From contig JAYWIR010000077.1 in assembly GCA_036172245.1 (NCBI GenBank), positions 124,001 to 188,000 on the forward strand: a stretch of 64,000 bases of DNA, in the 5' to 3' direction. This DNA is from Raillietiella orientalis (lineage: Eukaryota). The notes beneath the pieces are model-generated. The model worked only from the letters and a program-made list of their open reading frames with translations. It did not search any database and had not been told where the DNA came from. Every line of letters begins with the position of its first letter. Position 1 is the first letter of the stretch. The translations under genes were made by a program, and so were the position numbers. Of the stretch, positions 63,696 through 64,000 are shown piece by piece.

Positions 63696-64000
63696 CTGAC
63701 AAATTTCTAGGATTCCAGGATTTTTTTGTTTATTAATATCCTTGTTCAAAAAGTAATGAGAATAAATAATAACCGCTATAAAATTATGTAGACCTGAAGC
63801 TTACAGAGAGAAACTAACTTACTACAAAGAAAAGTGGAACAAAAGAATATCCATTAAATGAATACTTACAAAATGTATAAGTTTCTACTGAGATACGCAA
63901 TTATTTCAGACTGAGAAGAATTCCGAATTTCAGGCAATTCAAATACTCAAACTGAATTGGTTTTTTAATAGCCTGTGACCTTTCTGACAAATTTCTAGGA
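63696..64000. repeat. 17-bp direct repeat, 288 bp apart, running off the window end
   Basis: CTGACAAATTTCTAGGA at 63696-63712 and 63984-64000. Confidence 0.75.

Overview
This is eukaryotic DNA, probably from an invertebrate animal, and it is mostly a graveyard of decayed transposable elements. I see no rRNA, intact tRNA, CRISPR array or operon. All elements were recognised by eye from hand-translated, frameshifted motifs, so boundaries are approximate. They comprise a near full-length Tx1/L1-type LINE (25.7-32.3 kb), a tRNA-derived SINE, an ISL2EU-type transposon, Mutator-like, Harbinger and hAT remnants, two Gypsy remnants, an R2/NeSL-type element and several more LINE fragments. Two long intact ORFs have unknown function: a 708-aa Cys/Arg/Pro/Ser-rich ORF and a 374-aa coiled coil. 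The most striking structure is a three-level nesting. The Tx1-like LINE sits at the B box of a tRNA-derived SINE, and its own reverse-transcriptase KAFD codons were hit twice at the same nucleotide, in antisense, by related LINE 3' ends, each with a target-site duplication. The antisense strand of those codons (TCGAATGC) mimics the tRNA T-loop/B box (TCGAATAC/TCGAATCC), suggesting a sequence-specific retrotransposon family that targets its own relatives' RT gene.
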